Origin: Octopus vulgaris
Lineage: Eukaryota
Assembly (NCBI GenBank): GCA_951406725.2
Contig: OX597826.1
Location: 51,212,001-51,276,000, forward strand
Length of the DNA stretch: 64,000 bases
Direction of reading: 5' to 3'
Positions 13,740 to 27,710 of this stretch are shown here, one piece after another. The notes beneath the pieces were generated by a model that did no database searches, had not been told where the DNA came from, and worked only from the letters and a program-made list of their open reading frames with translations. Position 1 is the first letter of the stretch. The number at the start of each line of letters is the position of its first letter. The position numbers were made by a program, and so were the translations under genes.

Positions 13740-14345
13740 TGTTCACTACCAGTGTACTAAGGTAACACCCCTTAGTTTTCGAGCACCATCCGGAGTATTC
13801 GAGCGGTTCCAAACAGTACTGTTTTCTGCAAGTGCTCCACCCTTATTGCAGCCCCTATTTGTTCCTTGTACTTCTCAAGATTTTTACTCATTGTTCTTAG
13901 GGCTCCGACAATTATTGGTAGTACTACCACCTTTTTCACCATCTAAGCTAGCCTGTCATATCTATCCACTTTTCTGTTTTCCTTATCGCATACCTTGTTG
14001 TCAGGTGGGCATTCTATATCTCTGATCCAGCGTTGTTTGCTTTCTTTCCCAATTAACATTATGCCTGGTTTCCTTTTCTCTATCTCATGGTCGTACTGAA
14101 TCATAAAATCCCATAGGATCTTTGCATTATCATTTTCGAAGATGCTTTCGGCTTTATCAGGTTTATGTTCGTACCACCTTTTTGCTCTATCAAGTCCATA
14201 TTTGTTGCAAAGTGTTCAATGGACAATCCTTGCTATATCGTCATGACGTCTCATATTCTTTCTAGGCTAGTGGCGTACATTACCTGGTAGTATGCCATAC
14301 GGTTTCACTATTTTGTCCACAAATCCTGCACTTACCACTTTCTGA
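13740..14345 (-). mobile_element. R4/Dong-clade fragment: CCHC knuckle and REL domain, decayed
   Basis: Minus translation ESGKCRICGQNSETVWH, then KILWDFMIQYDHEIEK-PGIMLI. Abuts an (ATC)n/(ATT)n tract. Confidence 0.85.
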
Positions 14346-14622
<277 letters not shown>

Positions 14623-14959
14623 TAGGAGGAATGGTTTGGCAGAATCAAAGGAGCCTCGACAGAAAATGCCTTGCAGTATTTTGTTACTGCTCTTTACATT
14701 CCGAGTTCAAAGCCAACCGAATTCACCTGAATGTTTTGTGTTTAGTTTATATCACTGATATTCTGTGTTGAAATCCCGCCATCCTTCCAGTCTCGATGAA
14801 ATATTTATGTTTCCTCTCAAATACTGGGGCTAATATAATCGACTGTACACCCGCTTCAAAATCTGCTCCCGCCTCCTTGTGACATTATTACAAATCTAAT
14901 AATACCATTGATTTTGTAGAACACTCAACAGAATGTCTTGCAATATTTAGTTTATCTAA

Positions 14960-15152
14960 GGCAACGAGCAAGCAAAGTGTTTAGCAGCATCTCGTCCGTC
15001 CTTGCATTTTGAGTTCAAATTCCGCCGAAGTCGACTTTGCCTTTCATTCCTTTCCGGGTCGATAAAATAAGTACTATTTAAGCGCTGCGATTGATGTAAT
15101 CGATTCAACCCCTCCTCCGAACTTGCTGGCCTTGTGCCAAAATTTGAAACTA
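14960..15152 (+). mobile_element. SINE family B copy
   Basis: gagttcaaattccgccgaagtcgactttgcctttcattcctttccgggtcgataaaataagtac. Confidence 0.75.
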
Positions 15153-16189
15153 ATATTTAATTTGCCTTATATTTCTTAGTTAAAAAATTACTGGGTTCGA
15201 CTTCACATTTCATCCTTCTGGGAGTAAAGTAAGGTTATCTTTGAAGTAAAATACCGGTCACGCACCAGGGTCAATTTGGCTGAGTTGTTAGTGAGTTGTA
15301 GTCTGGTACAGTTCTTTACATTTCACTTTAGATTCTATCAATATCCATTTTGCCTTTCATCCTTGTGTGTTCGCAAAACACAGTACATATGAATTGTAGA
15401 AACATCTACCGTGGTAGATTTATTTCCGTATAATGCCTCCCACCTGCAAATGGAATTATAATACAAGACTTTATTCTCTTCCAGAATGTGCGGGCTTTTG
15501 CCTATGTCATACATTCTTATTATAGTAAAAACATATCGCTTTCATCGCATCGGAAATAGTTTATCGAAACACAACTGATGCAACAAAAAAGAAAAAAAGG
15601 AAAAAAACCCCAATTAATCGAAGTAACAACTACTGCAATCGACAATTAATCGAATTATTGTGAATATCTGAGATACGGAAAATATGGTAATGGAAAAAAA
15701 AATGATTATATCAGGGCCATTTCCGTCACAAGCAAATGGAAACCTGCTCTGGTTATCTAGTACTACCTGTTCATGATCAAATGGTTTTTCACTGGTCTTG
15801 TTCAGTGTGGAGGGTATCTGTTCATCCAGCAGGATTGAAAAAAACATAAAATCTGTCAAAGTCGGATGAACTCATTGACGACCAATGGCACTTATACAAA
15901 CTATACACTTGATATAAAGTATCAATTTATACGATCAGCATTCAAGGCCGATTATATAATATTTATACAATTCACACACAAGCACGCACAAATTTCCTCA
16001 CGTGAACAAAACAAACACCGAGCAATCTGTTCAGAAGGATGTCGCGGCCTGACACGAATAGAGAGCTACTGTAAAATAACAATAGTTCGACTATAAAAAT
16101 ACTTAGACACAAAAAGTGGACGACTACTACATATAATAAAGCAACACGAAAAAACAGAAAATGTTTTTCTCTATACACAAGGAGCCAAC

Positions 16190-17075
16190 AAAATACAAAG
16201 CATACAAACTACACTAATACACTGATCTCAGATGACAACACAGTAGAAATGGCCAAAGAGACAAAAAGCAACATGAAAACAGAACTAAAAAAACATACTA
16301 AAGAAGAAATGGAGAGAAAGAAAAATCATTCCATGGTTATTACCCTGCAAGGCTTGACAGAGAAGAAGTGAGCCTAAGTAAAAGCCAACAACAGCTCAAA
16401 AGCTTTGCACTAAAAGCTGAAACAAAAGGACTGATTTTCGCTACGCAAGACCTATGTCTGACGACAAACAACTATAAAAGCATAACAATGAAAACAGGCC
16501 CTAACAACAAAATGCAGAATGTGCAACCAGCACAATGAGACGGTTGGCTGCATTATCTCTGGCTTTCCAGTCCTAGCCAAATCTGAATATATATACAGAC
16601 ATGACCGAGTAAGTAATTGCATCCACCGGATAATATGCCAACACTACAACATAAAAACTGGCATGAAATAGTATAAAAACGTGCCAAACAAGGGTATGCC
16701 TGTTCAAACCGAGAAAGAAACCAAAGCTAATCGCCCAGTCATAATAATTCAGGATTAGAGAAAAAAAACCCCAAAACATCTGTTTACTGATAGACATTGC
16801 AGTCTCTTCTGACCAGAAGGTTACCCCAAAAGAAGAGGAGAAATTATCAAAGTACAAAGATTTCGAAATTGAAGTATTAAAAAATGTAGGATATGAAGGT
16901 GGAAACAATACCAGTAATAATAGGGGCATTGGGTAAGATAAAAAAAAAGCAAAAACGTATGAATGAAAATAAAATATAGAAGCTATATCTGAACCCTCAA
17001 CACTACCCCCTATCTCAAATATCGTCCTGTGAGGAACAACCCACATCCTACGCAAGATGCAATCAATTTATTAGT
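16190..17075 (+). mobile_element. R4/Dong-clade fragment (post-RT region, zinc knuckle, REL), pseudogenised
   Basis: HGYYPARL...LKAETKGLIFATQD...KCRMCNQHNETVGCIISG...YIYRHD...LIDIAVSSD...KYKDFEIE...THILRK, with frameshifts. Confidence 0.85.
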
Positions 17076-17769
17076 ACAACCCAAATAAAACCACAAACAC
17101 AGGACACACTCTATACAGCTAATACGCAATAAAATAAACAGCCCCCACAATATGTGCGCTGCAGGTCGGATACCCTACAGAAAAACATAACTCGCATTAC
17201 ATACACAATACACAATGTAAACCCGAGTACAACAAAAAAGTATGACCAAATGCCATCACAAAATAAACTGACGCAATACAGTACCGTGAAGAGTTTGTAC
17301 TCCCCACTCAAAAAAGAAACAAGAACACATAATGCTGCACATACCTCAGTAACACGGAGGTGTAGCAAGTGGTGCAGTAGAAATATGCCTGTAACTATCA
17401 AATGTCGAATAATAATAATGAAGGCGAATGAACCGCAAATCGGGACTTAACTCCGGAGCAATATTTGGATGAAGATACGGGACCAACTGGCGTTCACCTG
17501 TCTCCTAGTGAGAATCACGATCATGGTCCCCATCACAGAGAAATGTGAAGAGAACAGGCCCAACTTATGGGTAGTAAGAGCTCTGCAGTTTTGGTTGACA
17601 ATCTTGCTAGAGATGGTGTCTCGATAAAAATACTGGTCGGTGGTTAACCTTAAAACATATCCTCAATGTTGAATGAAAATGTTTAATACAAATGTATCAA
17701 ATAATGAGGATGAAACCAAAGGTGAAAGCCTTTCGCCTAGCACTATTTCAGACCATAGTCTAGATTGCG

Positions 17770-17934
17770 AAGTTGTGGTGAAAGAGTACAGCGAGGCTCA
17801 CCACCCACCGCCGGAGCCTCGTGGAGCTAAGGTGTTTTGCTCAATAAACACTCATAATGCCCGGTCTGGGAATCGAAACCACGTTCTTACGACCGCGAGT
17901 CCGCTGCCCTAACCACTGGGCCTTTGCGCCTCCA
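17770..17934 (-). mobile_element. 5' half of tRNA-derived SINE family C
   Basis: Minus strand tggaggcgcaaaggcccagtggttagggcagcggactcgcggtc matches 31064-31441. Confidence 0.8.
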
Positions 17935-18119
17935 CTCTGGTTGATGTTGGAGTTGTTACGGGTTATGGTGGTGTTAGTGGTCTTGTTTTGGCTGTTGCTG
18001 ATGTATGTTGTTGCTGATGATCTTGGTGATGGTAATGGTGCTGTTGGTGTTGGTGAAAGTGTTATGGTCTGCAGGTTCTTTGCAAAAGTCAAGGGGAGTG
18101 GCGACCGATACGCTTGGTT

Positions 18120-18870
18120 GACTACTATGCCTCAGGTCGACTGAAACCGAGGAAGCAGATACATTTTCTCTTACATCCACTCCTCTGTTTAGACAAGTGC
18201 TGGCCATGTTTTGAAAAGGGATAGATTGAAAAATATGCCCAAGAAAGTTTTCGGAACGGGTGGAAAGCCCGTTCCGCGATTGAATTGGGGTGAAACTCTT
18301 TTAGAAGATACTTGGATATATCCTCCAAACAATAATTACAATTTCAGCGGCCGAAAGTGGCAAAAGACAAGCAAAATTAGAGGAAACGCACCAGCGATGA
18401 TTTGAGCGTGGATTCCACGTGTGAAGCGTACCCCGTGACCATAATATCTCGGCAAAAGAATTTGATAAGGTCAGGAAATATAAAGATTTACTAATCGAAA
18501 TCGAAAAGACAAGGCATCTCAAGACAGTTACAATACCATTGATTGCAGGAGTACTTGGAATGATTAAAAAGAGGAACTGAAAATTATTTAAGAATGGTCC
18601 CCGGCTTACCGTCCATGCAGGAAGTGCAAATGATTGTCTTAACTGGTACATCACACGTACTGAGAAGTACATTGTCGCTGTGAATTTTTTTCCCTGTTCC
18701 CCTTTATTTACTTTGTTTACTTTTTTTTTTTTCTCTGTCTTTCTTCCCTTTTTTCTATTATATGACTTTGTAAATGGAACAATATGGTGTGTTTATTTTA
18801 ATGGCCTAAGAATGTATACAGTGCGTTTCTCTGCCCTAGGTGTCAGGAAGACACTCAGCGAGAAATGAAA
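18120..18870 (+). mobile_element. Heavily decayed R4/Dong-clade fragment (late RT motifs, REL, 3' UTR)
   Basis: LDKC...LKRDRL...GET..YLG, then VPRDHNISAKEFDKVRKYKDLLIEIEKTRHLKTVTIPLIAGVLGMIKK. Ends at (TAA)n. Confidence 0.7.
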
Positions 18871-18907
18871 ACGGAATTGAAAGATGATAATGAAAATAAT
18901 AATAATG

Positions 18908-18964
<57 letters not shown>

Positions 18965-18966
<2 letters not shown>

Positions 18967-19300
18967 CTAAAAGAAATGGAGAAACATGCAAAATACAAAG
19001 ACCTGGAAATAGAGGTAAACAGAATGTGGAATCTAAAAGCAGAAACAATTCCTATCATATTAGGTGCATTAGGCATGATAAAAAAATATTCAGACAAATA
19101 CATAACAAAAACACCAGGACTTACAAACACATATAACATAGAGAAAATTGCACTACTAGGCACTGCACACATCCTACGCAGAACACTTTCCATACAATAA
19201 CCATCAGAGCATCACAACAAATCACAGCACATACCTAAGGCACACAGAGCTGCGCTCGGTAGTGAAGTGAAAGCACGCTATAAAAATAAAACTACTGAAT
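18965..19300 (+). mobile_element. 5'-truncated R4/Dong-clade copy flanked by (TAA)n on both sides
   Basis: Open frame LKEMEKHAKYKDLEIEVNRMWNLKAETIPIILGALGMIKK...ALLGTAHILRRTLSIQ* (REL C-terminus), followed by 3' UTR. Confidence 0.9.
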
Positions 19301-19324
19301 AATAATAATAATAATAATGATAAT

Positions 19325-21925
19325 AGAGATTATGTGACCAAGCAGAAGCAATACGAAAGAATGGATGGTTTACAGAATTGGAGACAGAAGCTATTAAAAG
19401 AAAGATATCGAGTGAGGCTGGGCATGCGAGAAACGAAAATGGTATAGTGGAAGAGATGGAAAATTGTTCGCAAGAATATAATATTATGAACTGTGAAAGA
19501 ATTGATATGAGTGACTATTCAAACAATGAAGATCGATTAATAATAGACAGAATTTCGGATCTATTAAATACAGAAGGGACATAATTTATGTGCGACTTTA
19601 AGAAGGTTAACCAATGGAAACTAAATCAAGAGACGCATAAAGTCAATAATGTACTGAGACACATTGAAACAAAGGGCATCACACAAACAAATAATCTTAT
19701 GAAGGCAGCTGGTATGATTGTGGCAGAAAGGATGGGACTGAGAACTACTGAGAATAGAACAGCGACGGATAGGAGAGGAAATAAACAACAGTGGTGGGAA
19801 AGGAGAATTTCTGAAGATATAAACTCCTCGAACAGTGTAGTGTCAAAACTTGTCAGGAAAAGAAATGGAGACCTTAAGAATTAATGGAAATTCGAAAAAG
19901 TTAGGAAGACGTATGGTGTGGATGCAAAAGGCCTGAATATTATAATTGAAGGACTGAAGCAGTGCATACATGCAAAAAAAAAAAGAAAGAAGAAAGAGCA
20001 AAGCTAACTTTGAACAACGGAATAAGCAATACCAGCAAAACAAATTGTTTAGAACCGACTAAAAAAGATTTTACCAGCAGATTAATGATGATAAAATACT
20101 TGACAGATTAGTCCCTTATGCTGATGAAAATCGACTCTTTTGAGGTAAAATATGGAGTAAACAGCTTTTTTTCCCCCAGTATCAGAAATATAAGTAAAAA
20201 GATAAGCAAATGGAAAGCAGCAGGACCTGATGGTGTACACAGGATTTTGGATAAAACGTTCAGTAGTTGCCATAAATTGATCGCAGAGCAATTTAATGCA
20301 TTGATCAATGGAGAAGAAGAAATCCCGAGCTGGTTGACAAAAGGATGAATGGTGTTGTGCCTGAAGGATGCATCAAAGGGAAATGCTGCTGACAATTACA
20401 GACCGATTTACTACCTCCCGTTAATGTGAAATTGCAGAACCTTATAAATTCCGGGATGAGAACACTATATTACCCTCCGAACAAAAAGGCTGTATAGAAG
20501 GAGATGCAGAGGTACCAAAGATCAACTATTGATAGACAAAATGGGAAAGACTTCCGCCCGTCACCCCACTGTTTTCTCCCAAATTTGTTTATTTAAAATT
20601 TTGTTTGCCAAAAATCCCCGTTTTCGGATACGGAGATTCCGGAAAATTGCCAAGAATTAGCATTGTGAAAATTTTTCCTCCCTTTCCCCACAACTTCTTC
20701 AATTTTGACTTTTTCTTCAACACTAATAATAAAACCCTAATCGTAACCGTAAGTACAGAAATGTTTTGAAATTTTTGTCCGAATCATAATGTCCGTGTTT
20801 TTCCGCACATTTAGAAAAAAAAAAAAAATTCTTAAAAAAACATTTTACAAAAATCTTTGGAAACTTTTTTCAGAATCATAATCTCCATATTTATAAAATG
20901 GCGAAAGAGAGAAATGAAGAAAATTGATACCAAGGCCAGAAAAATGTCGACAGTACACGGAGCCTTCCACCCTAATAGTGACCCCGATAGGCTATACTTG
21001 TCCAGGAGAAAGGGTGGGAGTGGTCTGATCAGTTGCCAGAGGACTGTATCGAAGCAGAGGAAAACAGCCTAGAGTGGTATATAAAAATGCCGTGGAGCCA
21101 CTATTGAAACACACGCAGAAGGCCGGCGTCATCAAAACTGAAAATTGTGTAACTAAAGAAAAATTTAAATAAGAAATGAACAAAAGAGAAAAAAATGAAA
21201 AAGTATGGAAGGAAAAATGTACGGTCAGTTTGCAAGAGTTGTGAACGCCAAGACAGATACAGAGGAACGGTGGCTATGGATGAGGTGGAGTGACCCGAAG
21301 ATAGAGACAAAAGCACTCATATCCGCAGCTCAGGAACAAGCGTTAAGGACCAATTATATGAAGTGCAGAATTGACAACACAGAATTGACACAACAAATGC
21401 AGAATGTGTGGTGAAAGGGGTGAAACGGTATGGCACATCGTTAGCGAATGCCCGAAATTGGCACAACGCGAATACAAACGACGCCGTGACAATGTGGCAA
21501 GAATGATCCATAGGGAGCTCTGTGGAAATCACGGCTTACAAAGAGCAAAGACGTCGTATGAACAAACTCCATGTGGAGTCACCGAAAATGAGAACTGCAA
21601 AATCTTGTGGGATGCAATGATCCAGTGCAAACACCTGACCAGACATAGGAAACCGGACGTTGTTGTTGTACTTAGTTGTGGTGAATAAAAAAGAAAGAAC
21701 ATGAATGATTATCGACATAGGACGCCGCGGTGACTACAGGATCAATGTTAAAGAAGAAAAAAAGCCAACTACGACGATTTAAAGCTGGAAATACGAAGGT
21801 TGTGGTCAATGAAGAGAGTAGACGTGATAGCAATAGTAATTGGTGCACTTGGAAGTACCAACACTCACCTACCAGCACGGCTGAAAAAAATCGGTGCAAA
21901 TGTGAAGGTAGAATACCTACAAAAA
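19325..21925 (+). mobile_element. Long decayed R4/Dong-clade retrotransposon (N-terminal region, partial RT, CCHC, REL)
   Basis: WWERRI, YQQNKLF, WKAAGPDGV, NYRPI, EQKGC, GTKDQLLIDK, RLYLSRRKGGSGL, AAQEQALRTN, CRMCGERGETVWHIVSECP, KPD and IVIGALG occur in order. Many stops; the RT core at 20542-20890 is unreadable. Confidence 0.9.
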
Positions 21926-22749
21926 TGGGGAGGAACAGTTTGCCACTCTCCCTTCTCGGCCTCAATACTCGAATAGTCCAAGTTGTTTTGGTCAGGAAGA
22001 AGGATATTCTCTGGTTGTTCGTCTCGCTTGGGTTCAAATGTTGCTGGTGTTGGTATTCAATGATTTATAGGTTACTGTTTTCCCGTGTAATTCCTTTATC
22101 AGTTGTTGTGGTGTGTCAAGGAAATTATTATTTTCTTCCTTCCTCAACAAACCCATTACATTTTTTAACTCGTCAATAGTTAAATGAATTAACTCTCTCG
22201 TTTGTTTCGCCGTCGAGTCGAAATCGTTGTCGTTTGGTTTGACATTGTTTTTTCTTGTTTCATTCTTCCTTTTCGTTTGTGTTTACTGTGTTCATGTCGG
22301 TGGTGATGTTGGCGGCGTCTACTTAACTTTTCTTGTTTTAGTTTTCTGTATCAAACGTGGTGCATGTGTAAGGAGTGAAATTTGTCCTGCTACTTGTGAT
22401 GTTCAGAGGCGGGAAATCTTGAATGTACTGGTTGTCAAGACAGCCACTACCACTACCTTCGACAGAGGAAGCCATCTTGTCTTTTCGTCAAACGAAAAAC
22501 AATGTTTTTTCTTAAATGGACCGAAAAGTCCAAAATTCACTCCTAAAAGGGGGAAATTTTCAACAAAAGTACCCCTCCGGCACGCCAAAAGGGGTTCGGA
22601 AGACAAAAACCAACCAACAAACAGTCAATAAACTTGAAAACTAACAACAAATTTCAACCTGACGAAGCTCTGAAAGACACGTCTTACCTCGACGACGTCG
22701 ACGACGACAACAACAACAACACTAATAATAATAATGATAATAATAATAA

Positions 22750-23200
22750 TCCTATTCAAACGGAAAGAAAGTTAGAAAATAATAGACCGAACATAACAAT
22801 TATAGATAAGGAAAAGCAAAGTTACTTACTTATCGACCCATCATGCCTGTTTGATTCCAGGACCTTAAAGAAAGAGGGCGAAAAACAAACAACATACAAT
22901 CCGTTAAAATTTGTAATAGGAAGAATTTGGAGCATGCGAGCAGTAAAAGTCGTGCCTATAGTAATTGGTGCGTTGGGGACAATAAGCAACGATATAGAAA
23001 AATGACTGGAGATTGGAATAGAATGTCCGGTAGAGCTCCTAGAGAAAGTTTGTCTCTTAAGGGCTGCAAGGATTATCAGGAGGTTTCGAAGCACTTGAAA
23101 GACAGCTGAAAACTTGTGGATACCTAAGGTTATAGGTAGTAACCTGCTACCCATATAAATCCTGCCAGGAATAAGACCGAACCTGATCCAAACCAAACTA
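22750..23200 (+). mobile_element. R4/Dong-clade REL fragment between TAA repeats
   Basis: IQTERKLENNRPNITIIDK...LLIDPSC...VVPIVIGALGTIS. Confidence 0.85.
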
Positions 23201-23346
23201 ATAATAATACACGTGCCTGGTGTAATCTTATCGAACAGCTAGTCATGTTGGGTATATCGGGTATCAAATATTTGTATCCCAGCATAACTCTGCTGCTCTC
23301 TCACCCATGATCATTACTATTAATAATGATAATAATAATAATAATG

Positions 23347-23398
<52 letters not shown>

Positions 23399-25448
23399 TA
23401 ATAATCATCATACCTGTGAATTTGCGTGTGTAATCTGGGAATACATACAATGAGTTTCTCTGCCCTAGGTGTAGAAACGGAAGAAAATTTGAAGAAAGAA
23501 GGAAAAAAAAAAACAATGATGATGATGATTATGATGATGATTTCTATAAAGGGCACACTTTTTGAAGAACATAGGACTCCAGAACAAAAAGAACATCACA
23601 TCTTACTGCAAGTTATTTTAGCACTTTTCTATATATTCAGACGTTTTAATGACAGTTTTAAAAAAAAATATTTTGCAATTCGTAAATCTATACAACTCCA
23701 CGCACAGTCCACTAAAGAGAAATATTGGTGGTTAGAGCAGGAACTTATGTAAGACAGAATATTTTTGCTTAGCATTTAGTTTGAGGCATCTATTTTCTGA
23801 ATTATCTGAGAATCATAAAAATAAGTGCCGGTATATTAATGAGGCTGATTCAATTGACTGCAGCAATAGCACTACAAAAATTGGCCATTATGCCTGGATA
23901 AAAGTAACCTATACATTCATGGTTGTTTTGTTCCACAAGAGTAAAATAAACGCAGGTATAGCAAAACTGCTTTTTCATATTTAAGATAGCAGAAAGGCCA
24001 ATAAATTTAATTGGTGATGTATAATATGTAATTAAAACATATGTTGGTATTTATAGCCAAAAATATTACCTACGTCTGCAACGAAATTGAATCTGCTTTT
24101 AGTTAAAACAATCTGCCTGTGGCCATAGTTTCCTCATTAGTATATATAATCCAGTTTCAAGCTTTGATATTTCATTGTTGAAATATTTTACTTATAAACG
24201 AGAAATACAGGCAATGTTAACAATGTATGGAAAAGTGCAGAAGCTTCAAGCATTCATTTTCATTGAAGCCGACATTTTTCTCCATCCTCGCTTTAATACG
24301 AATACGATACACGCTGTATTTCAACTAATTTATGGAACCATGTAAGATCGATGCTGGAATTTTGTAATTTTATTGCATTAAGTAACTCTTTGAACCGAAG
24401 ATGAGAGAAAGACACACTCATACACACACAATTCATAATTTGCAAATCTTGGATAGAATAGAACCAAAAGTTGGCATTGGAAATCGTACCAATTCTCATC
24501 TGAAATGTCAATACAAAGTAGTTACTGCAACACCACAATGTCTAGATGACATGGGTAATATATTTCCTATATCTCATAACCAAATACAGTAGATGCAGAA
24601 AATACTTTTACTTTAGACTCCAGACAATCTAATATACAACATTAGAAAAATCTGAGAAAACATGGAGGAAGGAAGGACGGAAAGAAATTAACCATCCACA
24701 AACCTTTACTGAAATAGTTGCTCGAAACACAAGACAGCAGTGGTCTTTATGTTGTGTATGAGCTGAAACCAGTCATATTCAATCTCAGACCAAGCATCTG
24801 AAATGAAATACATTCTAAAGACCAATTCTTTCTGTGTAGATAATTTTTCTCCTGTTACTCTCGTTTTGCTTTTGTTTTCACATTGTTTTAATCAGTTGAA
24901 ACCTGATCCAATGTAGGAAACATGTTTTTGCCAAGAGCTGACGGTAATTCAGTCAAGGCATCAGTAAAATCTAAGGCAACCAGCGATAATGTGTGTCAGT
25001 AAATAATGAGTAAAAACAGTTCAAAAATGGAATAAATTGGTAGTCTAACATTCACCAGACAATTCCTCTTTCTCAGACAAAGGTGCCTGACAGAAACTAT
25101 AGATTATTTCTCATCCCATGGAAAATTAATTTATTCTGTTTTCATAATCCAATGCGTAAGACTATTGCATATCGTTTCATTACACATCGTCTGTATTAAT
25201 GTTAATTCCATGACTTTGTCTAGTGTCGGTACTGCAGTTATAATTGAGAAGGCTGTGCATGTCTTCAGGTTATAACATTTGATACGGTGATATATTCCGC
25301 ACGATAGCCATACGTGATGTATTTTGGAGACCTCTGCACCCAAAGAGACTTCGAGGACCACTCACTTACATTTATGTTATTGGTAGAAACAGAAGGCAGG
25401 AAACTGGCGCTGTTGAAATAAAAAGAAAACAGTTTAAATAAAAAAATG

Positions 25449-25614
25449 GTGCAGGCGTTGCTGTGTGGTTAAGAAGCAGTTTGCTTCCCCGCCATGAGAC
25501 TTTGGATATAGTCTCATTGTGTGGCATCTTTGGCAAGTGTCTTCTGTTGTGGCACACGGCTGACCAGAGCTTTGCGAGTAAATTTGGTAGATGGAAACTG
25601 AAAGATTTTCGTAG

Positions 25615-25654
<40 letters not shown>

Positions 25655-25897
25655 GTATATATGTATGTATGTATACATATATATATATGTGTGCGCGTGT
25701 GTGTGTATGTATCTATAGTGTGTGTTTGTGCTTATTCTCCAGCACCACTGCATGACAGCCAGTTTTGGTTACTTCACGTTCCCGTACCGATAACGAAAAT
25801 AAGTACTGGGCTCAATTTGTTCAACTAAAAATCCGCAAGACGACCCCAAGCATGATCGCTGTCCAATGATTGATATAAGTGAAGAATAAACGATGAA
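25449..25897 (+). mobile_element. SINE family A, near full length
   Basis: gcaggcgttgctgtgtggttaagaag head, ttggcaagtgtcttct CORE-like segment, internal TA/TG microsatellite. Confidence 0.75.
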
Positions 25898-26024
25898 ACG
25901 TTTCTTAATAATTCTATAACAAGTCTGATAATTAAAATCCATTCAACGAGATTGTAACCAGAAAATTAGAAATGAACTGGGAGGAATCTACTTATGTTAA
26001 TCTAGGTCTTCTTTGTCCAGTTTC

Positions 26025-26380
26025 TTTTCTATCGACCCCGAAAGGATGAAAGACCTCTGCGAAATTTGAACCCAGACCGTAAAGATGGATGAAATGCCGC
26101 TAAGCATTTTGCCCTGTGCGGTAACGATTCTGCCTGCTCACTACCTTTGAATACTGAATAATAATAATAAGCATAATAATCATCACAATAATAATAATGG
26201 TTTCAAATTTTTCCACAAGGGCAGCTATATTGGGGGAAGGGATAATTCGATTACTTCGACTGGAAGCACAAATTTGTGGGAAGGGATTAAGTCGATTACA
26301 TCGACCCCAGTGCGTAACTGGTACTTATCTAATCTACCCCCGAAGTGTGAAAGTCAAAATCTACCTCGGCGGTATTTGAA
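26025..26380 (-). mobile_element. Two SINE family B fragments
   Basis: atcgaccccgaaaggatgaaag at ~26030 and tcgaccccagtgcgtaactggtactta at ~26300. Confidence 0.7.
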
Positions 26381-26396
26381 CTTAATGATGACGATG

Positions 26397-26449
<53 letters not shown>

Positions 26450-26450
<1 letters not shown>

Positions 26451-26980
26451 GAATTGACAGCACTACCGACAGCGACCAATGGAGAATGTGTTATGAGAGA
26501 GCGAGAGGGACGAAACGGCATGGCACATTGTTAACGAATGCCTAAAATTGGCACAACGCGAATACAATAGACGGTGGCAAGAATGATTGTTGTGGTGTAT
26601 AAAAAAAAGAACATGTATAATAATCAATATAGCATGTCCTGGTGACAACTGGGTCAAAGAGAAAGAAGAAAAACCGAACAACTACGACGATTGGAAGTAG
26701 GAAATATGGAGGTTGTGATCAATGAGGAGAGTAGACGTGATACCAGTAGTAACTGGCGGACTTGGAAGTATCAGCACTCAACTACCAACATGGCTCAAAA
26801 AGATTGATACACATGTAATGATAGGGCACCTACAAAAATCAGCATTGCTTGGAACTGCAAGAATTATTCGCAGGGTTCTTGAGGCATGACCAGTAAACAC
26901 CTGTCACCTTTGTCTGCTGGATGTGGACAGCTGACACTTTCCATCATACTCATCAAATTAAGCTGAGAGTTTTCATCAAA
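26450..26980 (+). mobile_element. Internally deleted R4/Dong-clade 3' fragment between (TAA)n tracts
   Basis: ETAWHIVNECLKLAQREY...IACPGD...VDVIPVV...LQKSALLGTARIIRRVL. Nucleotide homolog of 21370-21925. Confidence 0.85.
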
Positions 26981-26997
26981 TAATAATAATAATAATG

Positions 26998-27028
<31 letters not shown>

Positions 27029-27475
27029 TAATAAATCACGCAATATTACCGGTCCTTGCGGTAAAAATTTCATGATACCTATTTGAAGCTAGATGGACTG
27101 GGTTAGGTGGGTCAAAAATGCAGTGTCTGTGACGAGACAGAAATAATGTTTTAGCTAGGTATCACAAACCTACCACGTTCGGCCAGCGGCAGCTATCAAT
27201 GGCTACTCTACATAAAACCCTCAGCATTTAAAAGGTCTATTCTGCTTTCCTCTTCTAGATGTTAACACTTAAAGGACCCAAGCCTGTGTGAGTTCAGTGA
27301 CTTGAGCTCAGACATCGTGCAGTGCAAGAGAAAGCTTAATCCTAAGACCAGCTGTTCGATTGTACTGAAATATGTCACTTAGCTACGTAGATGAGGCTAA
27401 ATGTGCATGTCTGGTGTGGATGTGGTTTTCATTAGTATTAGTGATGATCGTGACGAACAAATCTATAGACAGAAA

Positions 27476-27710
27476 AGGCGGCGAGCTGGCAGAATCGTTA
27501 GCACGCCGGACGAAATGTTCAGCGGTATTTCGTCTGCCGTTACGTTCTGAGTTCGAATTCCGCCGAGGTCGATATGCCTTTCATCCTTTCGGGGTCGATA
27601 AATTAAGTACCAGTTACGCACTGGGGTCGATGTAATCGACTTAATCCCTTTGTCTGTCCTTGTTTGTCCCTTCTTTGTTTAGCTCCTTGTGGGCAATAAA
27701 GAAATAAGAA
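27476..27710 (+). mobile_element. Full-length SINE family B (MetaSINE-like)
   Basis: A-box-like tggcagaatcg, B-box gagttcgaattcc and Meta-domain-like gcctttcatcctttcggggtcgataaattaagtacc. Confidence 0.85.

Noticed and set aside
15740-15830. Possible small minus-strand exon (cag|ATACCC...GAACAG|gtagta)
   Set aside because: Weak polypyrimidine tract and no recognisable peptide; chance level.
22655-22690. CTGACGA-agctct-GAAA-gacacgtc hammerhead-like string
   Set aside because: Stem II is too short and no stem I pairing is found after the putative cleavage site; it also lies in a suspect block.
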